A DNA stretch of 64,000 bases from Octopus bimaculoides (lineage: Eukaryota), in assembly GCF_001194135.2 (NCBI RefSeq), contig NC_068982.1, positions 101,550,798 through 101,614,797 on the forward strand. The letters are read 5' to 3'. The notes under the pieces are model-generated. The model was not told the origin of the DNA. It was given only the letters and a program-made list of their open reading frames with translations, and did no database searches. The position numbers and the translations under genes are program-made. This document shows, in pieces, positions 1 to 12,385 of the stretch (its first letter is position 1; each line of letters starts with the position of its first letter).

Positions 1-34
<34 letters not shown>

Positions 35-44
35 GTCAAATCAA

Positions 45-200
45 ATAAACGAACATTAAAAATAACAATAACAAACAAGAAGAGGACATGCACATGCAAT
101 GTATTAGTTTGTCGCTCGGTAAGAAGAGACAGTTCTTAACGTTTCGAGCGTAGCTCTTAATCGTGAAGGAGAACTGAAAAATCCAATGAAGGGAAAAAAC
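45..200 (-). mobile_element. Penelope-like terminal repeat (pLTR) fragment with degenerate hammerhead motif
   Basis: Minus strand reads CGATTAA-GAGC-tac-GCTC-GAAA-CGTT-aagaa...tcttaccgagcgacaaactaata, homologous to 37468-37535 (GAGC/GCTC stem II, ccgagc..caaactaata). Ends in (TA)n. Confidence 0.5.
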
Positions 201-605
201 TCACCGACAGCACGTGTGTAGTTACATTTATATATGTTTCAGTCACATATGTACACAAATCGCCACATAATCATCCTTATACTGTTTCATTCGTACAAAA
301 ATGTCACAGCTTGAACAAAAGTTAATAAATATTCATGTATAGAAAACTATATTTGAGGATATGTAATTTCAGGATACACCACACGAGCATCTGAGCGGAT
401 AGTCCTTCCTTATCCCGGATCAGCAATTCATATTTTCTAACCACTGGTTTCTAACTTTGGCACGCGGATGTCACAATTTTAAGAGAGGATTATAAGTGAC
501 TTAATTAGAGTTACTTATCACATAGTTAATTATTTTATTGAGTCTCGGAAAGTTTAAAAAACGAAGTTTACGCAAGGATTTCAGCTTACAACATAAAAAT
601 ATATA

Positions 606-822
606 TGAGGGGGTGTTGAAAGATTCCTGCTTTTGAGTAAAAGAAAATATAGGAGGATCAGTTAATTATGATTGTATCCAACATATTCCCCTCTCAGATT
701 TACACAATTATTGCAGTGGTCTTTCAGTTTTTCTAAGCCCTGTAAAACAACTCAGAAAGTTGGGCCTCCAACCAGGCGTTTCGCGATACCCTTAAAGTCA
801 GGAACTTTTCAGCACCCCCTCG
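606..822 (+). mobile_element. Mariner-type MITE (~217 bp)
   Basis: Imperfect TIRs tgagggggtgttgaaagattcctg / caggaacttttcagcaccccctcg, TA on both sides (604-605, 823-824). Same family at 32805-33488 (x3) and 54610-54826. Confidence 0.85.
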
Positions 823-1440
823 TACGTAGTACATTGCATTTTAGCAGTCTAAACAATCTACAGTCTTTATTATACACAGATATATTCGGATTTGTGTCCT
901 CATATTATCGACGCAACCTTTTGGCCGTTGTACCCTCCGATTTTTTTCGGGTAAGTGAATTCTAAAATATTCTCGGAATTTCAAACCGAATCCTTAATTA
1001 AATGAACGGGGTAAATTATTCTCGTTTCGTTATCCTACGAGGGAGATTCTTATATTTGTTAATTTACTTGTGAGTTTACTTACTTTTTACCTTTTGAACC
1101 AAAATATACATTGTCTGACCGACCCAGCGATAGAACTCACGCCCACGAGTTAAACTACGACACTTGACGCATAATTACTGCTTATATACACAGTCCTATT
1201 TGCCTGTAGAACAATTAGGTAATGGGATAGTGAGTATAGGCGTTGATTAGGTGCCAAGTGCTAAGTGTTAAGTGTTAAGTAGTTTTAGTGGGCGTGAAAA
1301 CATTAGTCAAAATATATCAGCGTATATAATAATGTTAATTCTTCATCTTTCAATTTCAGACACGATATGTTGTGAATTTGATTATATAAGTTTGCATTTA
1401 ATAGCTACTATGGCAGAAATAACTAGACAAACAAATGGAA

Positions 1441-1482
1441 TAAAGAGAGAGAAAGAAAGAGAGAGAGAGGGAGCGAGAGAGA

Positions 1483-1518
<36 letters not shown>

Positions 1519-1519
1519 C

Positions 1520-1552
<33 letters not shown>

Positions 1553-1580
1553 AGGGAGACAGACAGACAGAAAGACAAAG
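1441..1580. repeat. (GA)n/(GACA)n compound microsatellite
   Basis: Directly visible; explains ORFs 1272-1634, 1382-1624 and 1423-1614. Confidence 0.95.
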
Positions 1581-1586
1581 AATATA

Positions 1587-2830
1587 CAGGGGTTGGATAA
1601 AATAATGGATGCACCTAGCATCATAGCATCATAATTTTGAAATATCTATAAAACCGTCAAAAGCTTGTTTATTTTTATGGTTTTTGATTTATCATTAGTT
1701 TTGCTTAATATGTTTTGCTAAAATTGGTGTTTCTTTTCAGATATTATCAGAAAAAGGTAATTAAAATTCAATAAAATGACAGATCGATCGGTCTTTCAAA
1801 GTGGTCGAATTGTTAGTGCTCATATGGCAGGCGCTAGCGTAACGAAAAACAGCCGAAATGCTTGGTGTATCAAGAAGTACGGTCTCGAAAGTAATGACAG
1901 CCTTTGAGAAAGAGGGGAAAAATCTCCTCGTCGAAACAAAACTGCGGAAGAAAACCAAAATTCTTACGCGAATTGTTAGAAAAGAACACAAGAGTACAGC
2001 TCCCAAAATTACTGCAAGGCTTAATGACCACCTCGAGAACTCAGTTTCCACAAAAACTTTTCGCCGAGAGCTGCACAAAGCCGGATTTTACGGGAGGGCT
2101 GCAATTAGAAACCAGTACTTTCAAAAACAAACGTTGCAAAGCGTTTAGAGTGGAGTAGAAACCTACAGATTTGGTCCCTAGAGCAATGGAAGAATGTTAT
2201 TTTCTCGGACGAGACATTCTTTACTTTATTTCCAACTACTGGCTGAGTATACATGTGGAGACAGCCAAAAGAAACATTTGACCCAGACTGCCTTCTTCTA
2301 ATTGGAGGAAGGTCTGTGATGATCTGGGGTGGGGCTGTATCCTGGAAATCCGCCAGCCCAATGCTTTCCCTTCATGGCAGAATTAATAGTCAAGATTATT
2401 TAAGCATTTTATCTGATCAAATTCATCCTATGGTTGCGGAACTGTTTCCGGACGGAAACTCAATCTTTCAGGATGATAATACACCAATTCACACAGCTAA
2501 ATTTGTCACTGAATAGCACGAGGAACATTCTAGTGAAGCTGAACAGCTTATCTGGCCACCACAGTCCCCAGATCTCAATATTATTGAACATTTAAGGTGC
2601 ATTTTAGAAAAACAAGTAAGGAGTCGATATCTTCCACCATGATCACTACAAGAACTGGAGACTGTTTTAGCTGAATAATGCACAAAAATTCCTTTGGAAA
2701 CAATTCAAACTTTATACGAGTCCATACCTTGTAGAATTCAAGTTGTAATTATTGCCAAAGGCGGTCCTACCCCATATTAAAATTAATTTGTTTGAAATTT
2801 TAATGTTTCCATTATTTTGTCCAGCCCCTG
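1587..2830 (+). mobile_element. Full-length decayed Tc1-like DNA transposon (DD36E spacing), 1244 bp
   Basis: TIRs CAGGGGTTGGATAAAATAATGGA / TCCATTATTTTGTCCAGCCCCTG (23 bp, 2 mismatches), TA target duplication at 1585-1586 and 2831-2832, internal transposase remnant. Confidence 0.95.
1776..2780 (+). pseudogene. Tc1-family transposase pseudogene (frameshifts and stops)
   Basis: MTDRSVFQSGRIV..., HTH GVSRSTVSKV, GRK motif, catalytic FSDE, FQDDN and WPPQSPDLNIIE, C-terminal KGGPTPY*. In-frame stops and several frameshifts. Confidence 0.92.
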
Positions 2831-2959
2831 TAGTCGTGATATGTTGATATTAAAGTCCGTTTAAATAAAATCTGGTCATTTAAACAACAGTAATAACAGT
2901 TGCCATAGAGATATTTTTATAAAATAACAAAAAAAGAAAAAATAACAAATAATCCTTTC

Positions 2960-3175
2960 CTTTCTTTGCTATTCTAGGCACAAGACCTAAAATTTGGGGG
3001 AAGGGGGACAGCTGATTCGATCGAGCCAGTACGCAACAGGTACTTAATTTATCGACCTCGAAAGGGTAAAAGGCAAAATTGACCTCGGTGGAATTTGAAC
3101 TCAGAACTTAGCGACAGGCGAAATACGACTAAGCATTTCACCCGGCGCGCTAAATTTTTTGCCAGCTCACGCCTT
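2960..3175 (-). mobile_element. tRNA-derived SINE, family A (Deu/Nin-domain-like)
   Basis: Reverse complement of gagctggca..ttagc..gttctgagttcaaattcc.ccgaggtc.a.tttgcctttca.cc.ttcg.ggtcgataaattaagtacc; matches near-consensus copy at 63773-64000. Confidence 0.85.
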
Positions 3176-4249
3176 TAGAAAAATAACAAATAATGCTAAG
3201 CTACAGCTGCTGATGCTGCTGCCGTTGCTGTTGTTCTGTAGTCCAAGGTCAGCTCCTGACTTAGCAGACCAATGATAAAACAGCATTTTCTTCAACAACA
3301 TTATTTTCCCTACTTTATTTACATTATTTACATTTGACGGATATTTGTCCTCGTCTTGTTTGTTGTTAACACTTCCTCATCTTGTTTGTTGACAAATATC
3401 CGTCAAATGTAAATAATGTAAATAATGTAAATAATTCCTCATCTCTTAAATATAGAACTGTATTATTTTCCCTACTATTTTTGTTTTTTGTTTTAGGCAT
3501 TAGGTACCAGGACTACATAATGCAACGTGTTCATTTTTTAAAAAATTGCGATAGAACGATATTCGGGAAGTGTTGGTTGCTACATCTAGCACGTCGATCG
3601 TCCACATATAGGCTTTCTTGTTGACTCATACTAATCTCAGTGGAAAATCTACGCGTACTTTAAAGACTTTCTATGAAAGTATTTACATATATAAAACATT
3701 TATTTTGAGATGCTTAAGTTCTAAATCATTTCTTAATCAGTTTTCAAAATCAGACAAAATCAACAATGATTCAGTGTAACTCATCGCATCACATCATGGT
3801 TGAGGTGTAGCGTTTCAAACGGATAGAAACAAAGAATAATTTGGTATATTTGTGGGAATGGTTCCCTTAGGAGATCATTAGTTAAGCTCATATTCTTTCA
3901 ACCGACACCAACCCAGTTTCATTATTACTATAATTTTATCATAAAGTCAACTAGTAAAATTCTCATGAAAATTGAATTGAACCGAATCTGCTCTCAGTGT
4001 CGATGTGACTGTTAAAATATTTCGGAGGAATCCGATATGGGGGAGAGTTTTTTTTTTTTTGGTTATTTGCTGCGCACCAAACTTTAGCAGTCACGATTAT
4101 ATTTCTCCCCCCACCCTCTCTCTCTCTCACCCTCTCTTACTTTTTTGTATTTATTTATTCAAATTCTGCCATAGTAGTCAGTTAACTCTAAACCCTTTAT
4201 ACAAACATATATAAGGATCTATATAAAATAACTATTCTTTTTCTTTCTT

Positions 4250-4384
4250 TTCTTCTTTTTACTTGTTTCAGTCATTTGACTGCGGCCATGCTGGAGCACC
4301 GCCTTTAGTCGAGCAAATCGATACCATGACTTATTCTTTGTAAGCCTAGTACTTATTCCATCGATCTCCTATGCCGAACCGCTA
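4250..4384 (-). mobile_element. SINE family B, 3' half (runs into gap)
   Basis: cttgtttcagtcatttgactgcggccatgctggagcaccgcctttagtcgagcaaatcga, the reverse complement of the tail of the complete copy at 60960-61380. Confidence 0.9.
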
Positions 4385-4982
4385 NNNNNNNNNNNNNNNN
4401 NNNNNNNNNNNNNNNNNNNNNNNNNNNNNNNNNNNNNNNNNNNNNNNNNNNNNNNNNNNNNNNNNNNNNNNNNNNNNNNNNNNNNNNNNNNNNNNNNNNN
4501 NNNNNNNNNNNNNNNNNNNNNNNNNNNNNNNNNNNNNNNNNNNNNNNNNNNNNNNNNNNNNNNNNNNNNNNNNNNNNNNNNNNNNNNNNNNNNNNNNNNN
4601 NNNNNNNNNNNNNNNNNNNNNNNNNNNNNNNNNNNNNNNNNNNNNNNNNNNNNNNNNNNNNNNNNNNNNNNNNNNNNNNNNNNNNNNNNNNNNNNNNNNN
4701 NNNNNNNNNNNNNNNNNNNNNNNNNNNNNNNNNNNNNNNNNNNNNNNNNNNNNNNNNNNNNNNNNNNNNNNNNNNNNNNNNNNNNNNNNNNNNNNNNNNN
4801 NNNNNNNNNNNNNNNNNNNNNNNNNNNNNNNNNNNNNNNNNNNNNNNNNNNNNNNNNNNNNNNNNNNNNNNNNNNNNNNNNNNNNNNNNNNNNNNNNNNN
4901 NNNNNNNNNNNNNNNNNNNNNNNNNNNNNNNNNNNNNNNNNNNNNNNNNNNNNNNNNNNNNNNNNNNNNNNNNNNNNNNNNN

Positions 4983-5032
<50 letters not shown>

Positions 5033-6439
5033 CACCGTTAGGACAGCTGCTCAGTTTGAACCAGAACAATTCACTTGGTTGCTAGAACAGTTACTCTAGT
5101 TAATCTAGATTTCGAAATAAATTGTCCCATTAAAAATTTCAAGACACTCTAAATATGGTCTCTTGATACTAACTGGCTTAAAATCACCTACTTTTAAACA
5201 ATGACTTTGCACCATTCTGTACAAACTTAGGAATATGTATCGCATTAGGCAAAGTTTGTCCAAGATGGCCGATAATTTACGAAAGACTATCACGCTTTGA
5301 ACAAAATAATTGAAATGTTTAACCGATTTTCACATTTTAAATTTTTAATGCATTTGAACATCAAGGTAGTAAACTTGTAGAGTCGTTAGAGCCTTGGACA
5401 GAATGCATCGCAGTATTTCTACCGACTCTGCTTTCGGAACTCAATTCCTGTTGAGATTAATTTAGGCTCTTTATCCCTTTCGGGAACGAGAAGAGAAAGC
5501 ACAAATCCAGGACAGTGAATTGAAGAGTCGTACAAGATGTTTTACGGTGTCTCTTCTCTGATCTTTTCCGTTCTGATAGCAGCACTAGACTCTAGTGCCA
5601 AATTGTATTGGCCCATTCTAGCCGCTTTTCTATTGAATAAGCAACAATGATGTAAAGAAAAGTTACTTGCCTTTATAAGCAACTTCCAGTTTACACATAA
5701 AATGCTTATCCAGGCTTGTGCATATATTTGCAGGCGCATGGCACGAATCGATGGAGGGCTTGAAGAATTGAATAACTCATTTGAGTCAAATCGGTTCTGA
5801 CTGAAGACAACTAAAATGGAATAGAAATATCCAATAAATATTTATTAGCGACGGAATATTTCCCATCTTTTATTGATTTTACTATATTTGTGATGATATG
5901 AAGATATAGCCGGTACCGACTCTGAAATGAAACTTTGGTAATTCCAATAGCAGCTACAATCACCAACCTTCCACAAGGTCAACAATTTTAGTTTCATATA
6001 ATTCAGTATGTTTTATCAGAAATTTGTTATTCGTGGTTAGACAGTTAATCAGGTCTTTTATAAAGAGAAGGAAAATTTTGTCAAAGAAACCGTTGAGAAT
6101 AGTAAATTAATGATCATTGTTTCTTGTATTATAAAAAAAAAAGACTCCTTCACATAGTAAATTCTATTCAAAGAGTTTTAACAGAAAACAAATTCCTGTG
6201 ATATCATGCCTTCTCCGTTCACGCGATGTTGTCTGTAAAAGCAATATTTAATCATATAACAGTTGAAGTATTACAGTATAGATTCTGAAAGAGTCTTGAA
6301 TTTAAATCTTTTGAAAGAATTCACTTTGTGTAAGACAATATTCCATTATGTTTTTATTTACTTTAGAGCATTGGGCTGTAGTCATGCTGGGGCATTGCCT
6401 TCATTGGTTTTAGTAAATTATATAGACCTAATAAGGTAG

Positions 6440-6640
6440 GAGCTGAGAGTGACAGAATGTTAGCACGTCAGAAAAAGTACTTAGCGGTATTTGTCTTTTC
6501 ACGTTCTGCGTTCAAATCTCACCATGAACGATTTTGCCTTTCATCTCTTGGGAGATGATAAAATAAAGTACCTATTAAGTACTTGGATTGAAGTAATCGA
6601 CTTGCCTCTCTTCTTAAAAGAATTGCTGGCCTTGAAACCT
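6440..6640 (+). mobile_element. SINE family A, diverged
   Basis: gttagcacg..cttagcggtattt..cacgttctgcgttcaaatc..ttttgcctttcatc..gataaaataaagtacc..gtaatcgactt. Confidence 0.7.
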
Positions 6641-6869
6641 GCAACAGACCGTCGTCCTGTTGAGAGGGAATGTTGTGAGCTCGGTGACTTGTACACCAGA
6701 GAACCCGGATAACCGACCAGGTGAGTATAGTGTTCGAGAATAAAATGGATCTAGGGCTTAATTTCATACTTTTTTTAATCGATCGCAATGGAATACTTTT
6801 GCTTATTCATCTTTTTAGGAAATTACCTCTATTGAACGGGCATAAAATTCACAGCTGGCTTACACACAC

Positions 6870-7020
6870 ATACACACACTTATACGACAGGCTTTCGCGC
6901 AATGCCTATCTACCAACGTTCACTCGCAAAAGACGGGTTACCTAGCGTCTGGAGTAGAAGACGCTTACCAAAGATGCTATGAAGTTGGATGGAGCGAAGA
7001 AGCAAGTGTTGCGGAAAATG
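6870..7020 (-). mobile_element. SINE family B, 5' half, diverged
   Basis: tacgacaggctttc..ctaccaa..ttcactc.caa..gagtagaagac.ctt.ccaa.gatgc, reverse complement of the family B head. Confidence 0.55.
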
Positions 7021-7609
7021 CATGTTTTTCCTTCGATATGGATACGAAAACCTACAAGTACTGAATTAGATTATATTCATATTCAAACCTCTATGTTTGT
7101 CCAGGATGGATTTAGTTATGCAGAAACAGTCCGATGCTTGGAACAAGTAAAAGATTAAGGATAATTAAAACCCTAAAAGTCATTCATTACAATTGCTGAT
7201 GCCTTTCCCTAATGCAGCCGAAATCGCCTCTTAAAAACCGACCTTCATTTTCAAGGGCCGAAAAAAGTTAATCTCTGATCTCTTAGTGACCTTACAAATC
7301 TAAAGTAACGCCTACAATGGAATATAGTTCCTACATATGTCACGATGCTTATGCGACATACGCAAAATTCTTGGCGACAACGCTATACATTAACACTATA
7401 CAAACCATTTGATTGGGAACATACACACATATTTATTATATGTGTGTGTTTTTGTACGTATTTGTGTGTGAGTGTGCATGTGTACGTGTGTGCGTGTGTN
7501 NNNNNNNNNNNNNNNNNNNNNNNNNNNNNNNNNNNNNNNNNNNNNNNNNNNNNNNNNNNNNNNNNNNNNNNNNNNNNNNNNNNNNNNNNNNNNNNNNNNC
7601 TCATGTATT

Positions 7610-7770
7610 TGTGTTCCCGTAAAGAAGCGGTTCGGTAAAAGACTTTGCCTTTCATCCTTTCTAGGTTGATAAATTAAGTACCAGTTGCGTGCTGGGGGTC
7701 GATCTAATCGACTGTACCCCCTCTCCCAAAATTTCTGGCCTTGTGTCTAGAGTAGAAAAGAATATTGATC
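7610..7770 (+). mobile_element. SINE family A 3' part fused to a short family B fragment
   Basis: gcggttcggtaaaaga (family B) joined to ctttgcctttcatcctttctaggttgataaattaagtaccag..ggggtcgatctaatcgact (family A). Confidence 0.7.
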
Positions 7771-9497
7771 GAACTGTGCTACTACGCCTATCTCGTTTTG
7801 TTGGCGATATAGTAGTACTGTATCATCTCATAACCCGTTATTCCTTATCTAAGACAATTCTTCCTGATTTAAGGATATTGCGTTTTTCCTTATTGAAGAC
7901 AACGGAGCACTAATATGGCTATTTCCAGCAGGTCGAGCAATGCCTCGGCTATATGACTTTGCGAAGTTGGCCGACAATCTCTGCATTTAGGGTTGCGCTG
8001 ATTAATGGTAGTATGATAGCATTGATGAATGTAAGGTGAGGGGCAGGTAGCTTGTTCTTGGGGATAAAATTCGTGAAAGAGGACGAGTTTGTAATGGTAA
8101 GTGGAGGAAGTTAGTGGCGAACGTGTGTGTGTGTGTTTGGTGTGTGTGTGTGTTTGGTGTGTTTGTGTGTCTGTGTGTTTGTGTGTCTTTGTATCTGTAT
8201 GTATATGTGCGTGTGTTTGTGTGAGTGTGTGTGCAAGTGGTGTACTCGCCAGAGTAATCGAAATGGCGGTAGTATAGGGGTGGCAATGCGGGATTGGGAT
8301 ATTGAATGTTCGGTGAACATGGCGGAAGAGTAGCGTTTGTAACAGTGAAGCTGTTGTCTTGTGCAGTTCTTGCTGTTGTTTTTGTTATTGTTGTTTCAGT
8401 CAGTGTTGATGATGGGAATTTAATGGTTAGCAGAGAAGGATACATCGATTAGGTAATGATGATGATGATGATGGCGGTGGTGGTGGCGGTGGTGATTATG
8501 CTGATGCTGATGATGATGGTAGTGATGGAGATGGTGGCGATGGTGATGATGGTAGTGGTGGTNNNNNNNNNNNNNNNNNNNNNNNNNNNNNNNNNNNNNN
8601 NNNNNNNNNNNNNNNNNNNNNNNNNNNNNNNNNNNNNNNNNNNNNNNNNNNNNNNNNNNNNNNNNNNNNNNNNNNNNNNNNNNNNNNNNNNNNNNNNNNN
8701 NNNNNNNNNNNNNNNNNNNNNNNNNNNNNNNNNNNNNNNNNNNNNNNNNNNNNNNNNNNNNNNNNNNNNNNNNNNNNNNNNNNNNNNNNNNNNNNNNNNN
8801 NNNNNNNNNNNNNNNNNNNNNNNNNNNNNNNNNNNNNNNNNNNNNNNNNNNNNNNNNNNNNNNNNNNNNNNNNNNNNNNNNNNNNNNNNNNNNNNNNNNN
8901 NNNNNNNNNNNNNNNNNNNNNNNNNNNNNNNNNNNNNNNNNNNNNNNNNNNNNNNNNNNNNNNNNNNNNNNNNNNNNNNNNNNNNNNNNNNNNNNNNNNN
9001 NNNNNNNNNNNNNNNNNNNNNNNNNNNNNNNNNNNNNNNNNNNNNNNNNNNNNNNNNNNNNNNNNNNNNNNNNNNNNNNNNNNNNNNNNNNNNNNNNNNN
9101 NNNNNNNNNNNNNNNNNNNNNNNNNNNNNNNNNNNNNNNNNNNNNNNNNNNNNNNNNNNNNNNNNNNNNNNNNNNNNNNNNNNNNNNNNNNNNNNNNNNN
9201 NNNNNNNNNNNNNNNNNNNNNNNNNNNNNNNNNNNNNNNNNNNNNNNNNNNNNNNNNNNNNNNNNNNNNNNNNNNNNNNNNNNNNNNNNNNNNNNNNNNN
9301 NNNNNNNNNNNNNNNNNNNNNNNNNNNNNNNNNNNNNNNNNNNNNNNNNNNNNNNNNNNNNNNNNNNNNNNNNNNNNNNNNNNNNNNNNNNNNNNNNNNN
9401 NNNNNNNNNNNNNNNNNNNNNNNNNNNNNNNNNNNNNNNNNNNNNNNNNNNNNNNNNNNNNNNNNNNNNNNNNNNNNNNNNNNNNNNNNNNNNNNNN

Positions 9498-9543
<46 letters not shown>

Positions 9544-9949
9544 GTGGTGAGTGAGTGAGTGAGAGAAAGAGTGAGTGAGTGAGAGAAAGAGTGAGTGAGT
9601 GAGTGTGCCGATAAGAAACCCCATTTACATGAGATAGACAGTCAACAATGACAAATGGCGTCGTGACCGTCAAACCAAGTGAAAAATGCCTCGGGAAACT
9701 CAAATTCGAATAAATCTAATGTGTAAATTAGAACAGTTTGATTGAGAAAACCAGATTTTATTTAATCACGACCATTGCTTTCTAATAAATTATCCGTTCC
9801 TTTTACATATTTATGGCTCACAAATATAACTGTCGGACTGGACTTTAAGTTGTGTTAGAACCAGGACCTTGTTTATAGTGTGTGGTTTATATGCATTCGT
9901 CCGACACTAGCGAGAAATAATGTCACAGTCTTACGCACACAAACAAGTA

Positions 9950-10080
9950 CATATACAAACATACACTCGAAAGCATATACAAACATACAAACGAAAACAT
10001 ATACAAACATACAAACGAAAACATATACAAACATATAAACGAAACGAAAACATACAAACATACACACGGAAACATACACA
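9950..10080. repeat. 24-bp minisatellite (catatacaaacatacaaacgaaaa)n, about 5 copies
   Basis: Directly visible tandem unit; explains ORFs with YKRKHIQT and FVYVFVCM repeats. Confidence 0.85.
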
Positions 10081-10534
10081 CGCGTACTCTTCATTAACAT
10101 GCATGCATATCTATATACATGCATGTATAAGGGTGTGTTAGTATATAAATAAATTATAAATGAATTTGCTAAGAACAATGTTATAAATAATTTTAAACGG
10201 TAGATTTCGTAAACAACCAAGGAGGGAACCCCCTACGAGCTCACTAGGCATTCAAGAAATAGCAGTCAGGTCTGTTTCAAAGAAGCCTATTATCTTAACA
10301 TATGCAGAGTTAATATTATCTTCTTCAAATTTTATCAAAACATTATTCTTGACTAAGCATCGAATTCAATGCATTAGCGAGAATTAACCTCAAATAAAGC
10401 GTAAAACTTACGTATTAGAAGATAATATCTTATGAGTGAATCTAAAGGAATGAGCCCATGAGAACAATATTTTTAGACAAAGAACTATTGGTAAACTGTT
10501 CATGAATAAATATATCACATTATATATATTTTTA

Positions 10535-10750
10535 TATTGATTTCAAATTTTGGCACAAGGCCAGCAGTTTCGAGGGAAGGGATAAGTCGATTACATCGAT
10601 CCCAGTTCTCAACTGGTACTTAATTTATCGACCCCGAAGTATTAAAAGAAAGGTGGACCCCGGCGGGATTTGAACTCACAACGTGATGACGGAAGAAATG
10701 CCGCTAAGCATTTATTTGGTGCGGCAACGATTCTGTCAGCTCTTCACCTT
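10535..10750 (-). mobile_element. SINE family A
   Basis: ggcacaaggccagcag..gtcgattacatcga.ccca..actggtacttaatttatcgaccccgaa..atttgaactca..ccgctaagcattt..acgattctgtcagctc. Confidence 0.85.
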
Positions 10751-11558
10751 ATAGATATTTATATATTGTAAACAAACCTATAAGAGTCTAGTAAGTGGGT
10801 GTTCTGCAGAAAATAAAGTTATTCTCGAGAGCAGGATGGCTGTGGAGATAGCTTAGAAAATCCGACAAATACTTTTTAGGAGATGGAAAAAAGAGTCAGT
10901 AAGCCTCTACAGTGAATCGAACCCTGTACCTCTCAAATTAAGAAAAGAGACAACTGACAGCAAATACTGTCCCATGGTGCTTATAATTTTGTTTATAAAA
11001 TGTTCTCAGTTTCAATAGAAAGCTATTATTTAGCATTATAAAAAGTGGGATTTGTTCTTAGGGGATTTCTTAGCTTAACGGTACAAAGCGTTCGAACGGG
11101 ATTTGAAAGGTACTAGGTTCGACTCTCCGCAGAGGCTTACCGGTCACTTTTTACCCCCGTGTGTATTATNNNNNNNNNNNNNNNNNNNNNNNNNNNNNNN
11201 NNNNNNNNNNNNNNNNNNNNNNNNNNNNNNNNNNNNNNNNNNNNNNNNNNNNNNNNNNNNNNNNNNNNNNNNNNNNNNNNNNNNNNNNNNNNNNNNNNNN
11301 NNNNNNNNNNNNNNNNNNNNNNNNNNNNNNNNNNNNNNNNNNNNNNNNNNNNNNNNNATATATATATATATATATATATATTTGACTCTCGTTGCTACGT
11401 TGTAGCCTGACTCTACGGTATATCTGTGTCATTTTATAAAAAGCATTACAGAGAACAGTACTTTAACGTGGTTTGGCTATCGAGCCCCTAGTCTTATCGG
11501 AAATCTTGCATTTTGACACATTATTAAGTACACACACAGGCATATATATAGCTATTGT

Positions 11559-12385
11559 ATATTCTGTTAAGAACGTAGTAAAAGTATAGTAAAAAGCTCG
11601 TTCACCTTCAGGTTTACCCTGTGCTAACCCGAAGTAGTATTATACGTACCTCCAGGTTTGCGTTTGAGAATCAGTCGTGTGTGGATGTACAATTGAAAAA
11701 AAATGGAATGAACAAGAAGGGGTGCGGTTGAACATTTATTTCTTAATTACTACAATTGTTTCCACGCAACGTAGTTCTCCAGGAATGCAGGTCCTTGATT
11801 ATGACTACTACTAAAAAATTCAGGCCACGTCAGAGAGAGAGAGAGAGGATGTTCTTGAAGCAGAGGATTTTAAACTTACGGAAACAATATTTACATATCG
11901 CCTGAGGAAATACAACTAGATCTCATAATGCAGGGAAACAGTTGCATAATGAAGTACCTTCACTCCCAGAGAACTATGTTGCGTGTAAACNNNNNNNNNN
12001 NNNNNNNNNNNNNNNNNNNNNNNNNNNNNNNNNNNNNNNNNNNNNNNNNNNNNNNNNNNNNNNNNNNNNNNNNNNNNNNNNNNNNNNNNNNNNNNNNNNN
12101 NNNNNNNNNNNNNNNNNNNNNNNNNNNNNNNNNNNNNNNNNNNNNNNNNNNNNNNNNNNNNNNNNNNNNNNNNNNNNNNNNNNNNNNNNNNNNNNNNNNN
12201 NNNNNNNNNNNNNNNNNNNNNNNNNNNNNNNNNNNNNNNNNNNNNNNNNNNNNNNNNNNNNNNNNNNNNNNNNNNNNNNNNNNNNNNNNNNNNNNNNNNN
12301 NNNNNNNNNNNNNNNNNNNATATATATATAGTTGAGGCGTATTCTGTTAAGAACGTATTAAAGTACAAATAGATCTCGTTCACCC
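11559..12385 (-). mobile_element. Putative Penelope-like terminal repeat, partially tandem-duplicated, with degenerate hammerhead
   Basis: Direct repeat tattctgttaagaacgta..ctcgttcacc at 11559-11608 and 12339-12385. Minus strand has CTGGAGA..GAA-ACAATTGT-A followed by AATAAA. Family assignment is inference. Confidence 0.45.

Noticed and set aside
8420-9703. His-rich / poly-Met/Val ORFs suggesting a metal-binding protein
   Set aside because: Translation of (GAT/GGT)n and (GA)n microsatellites across a gap.
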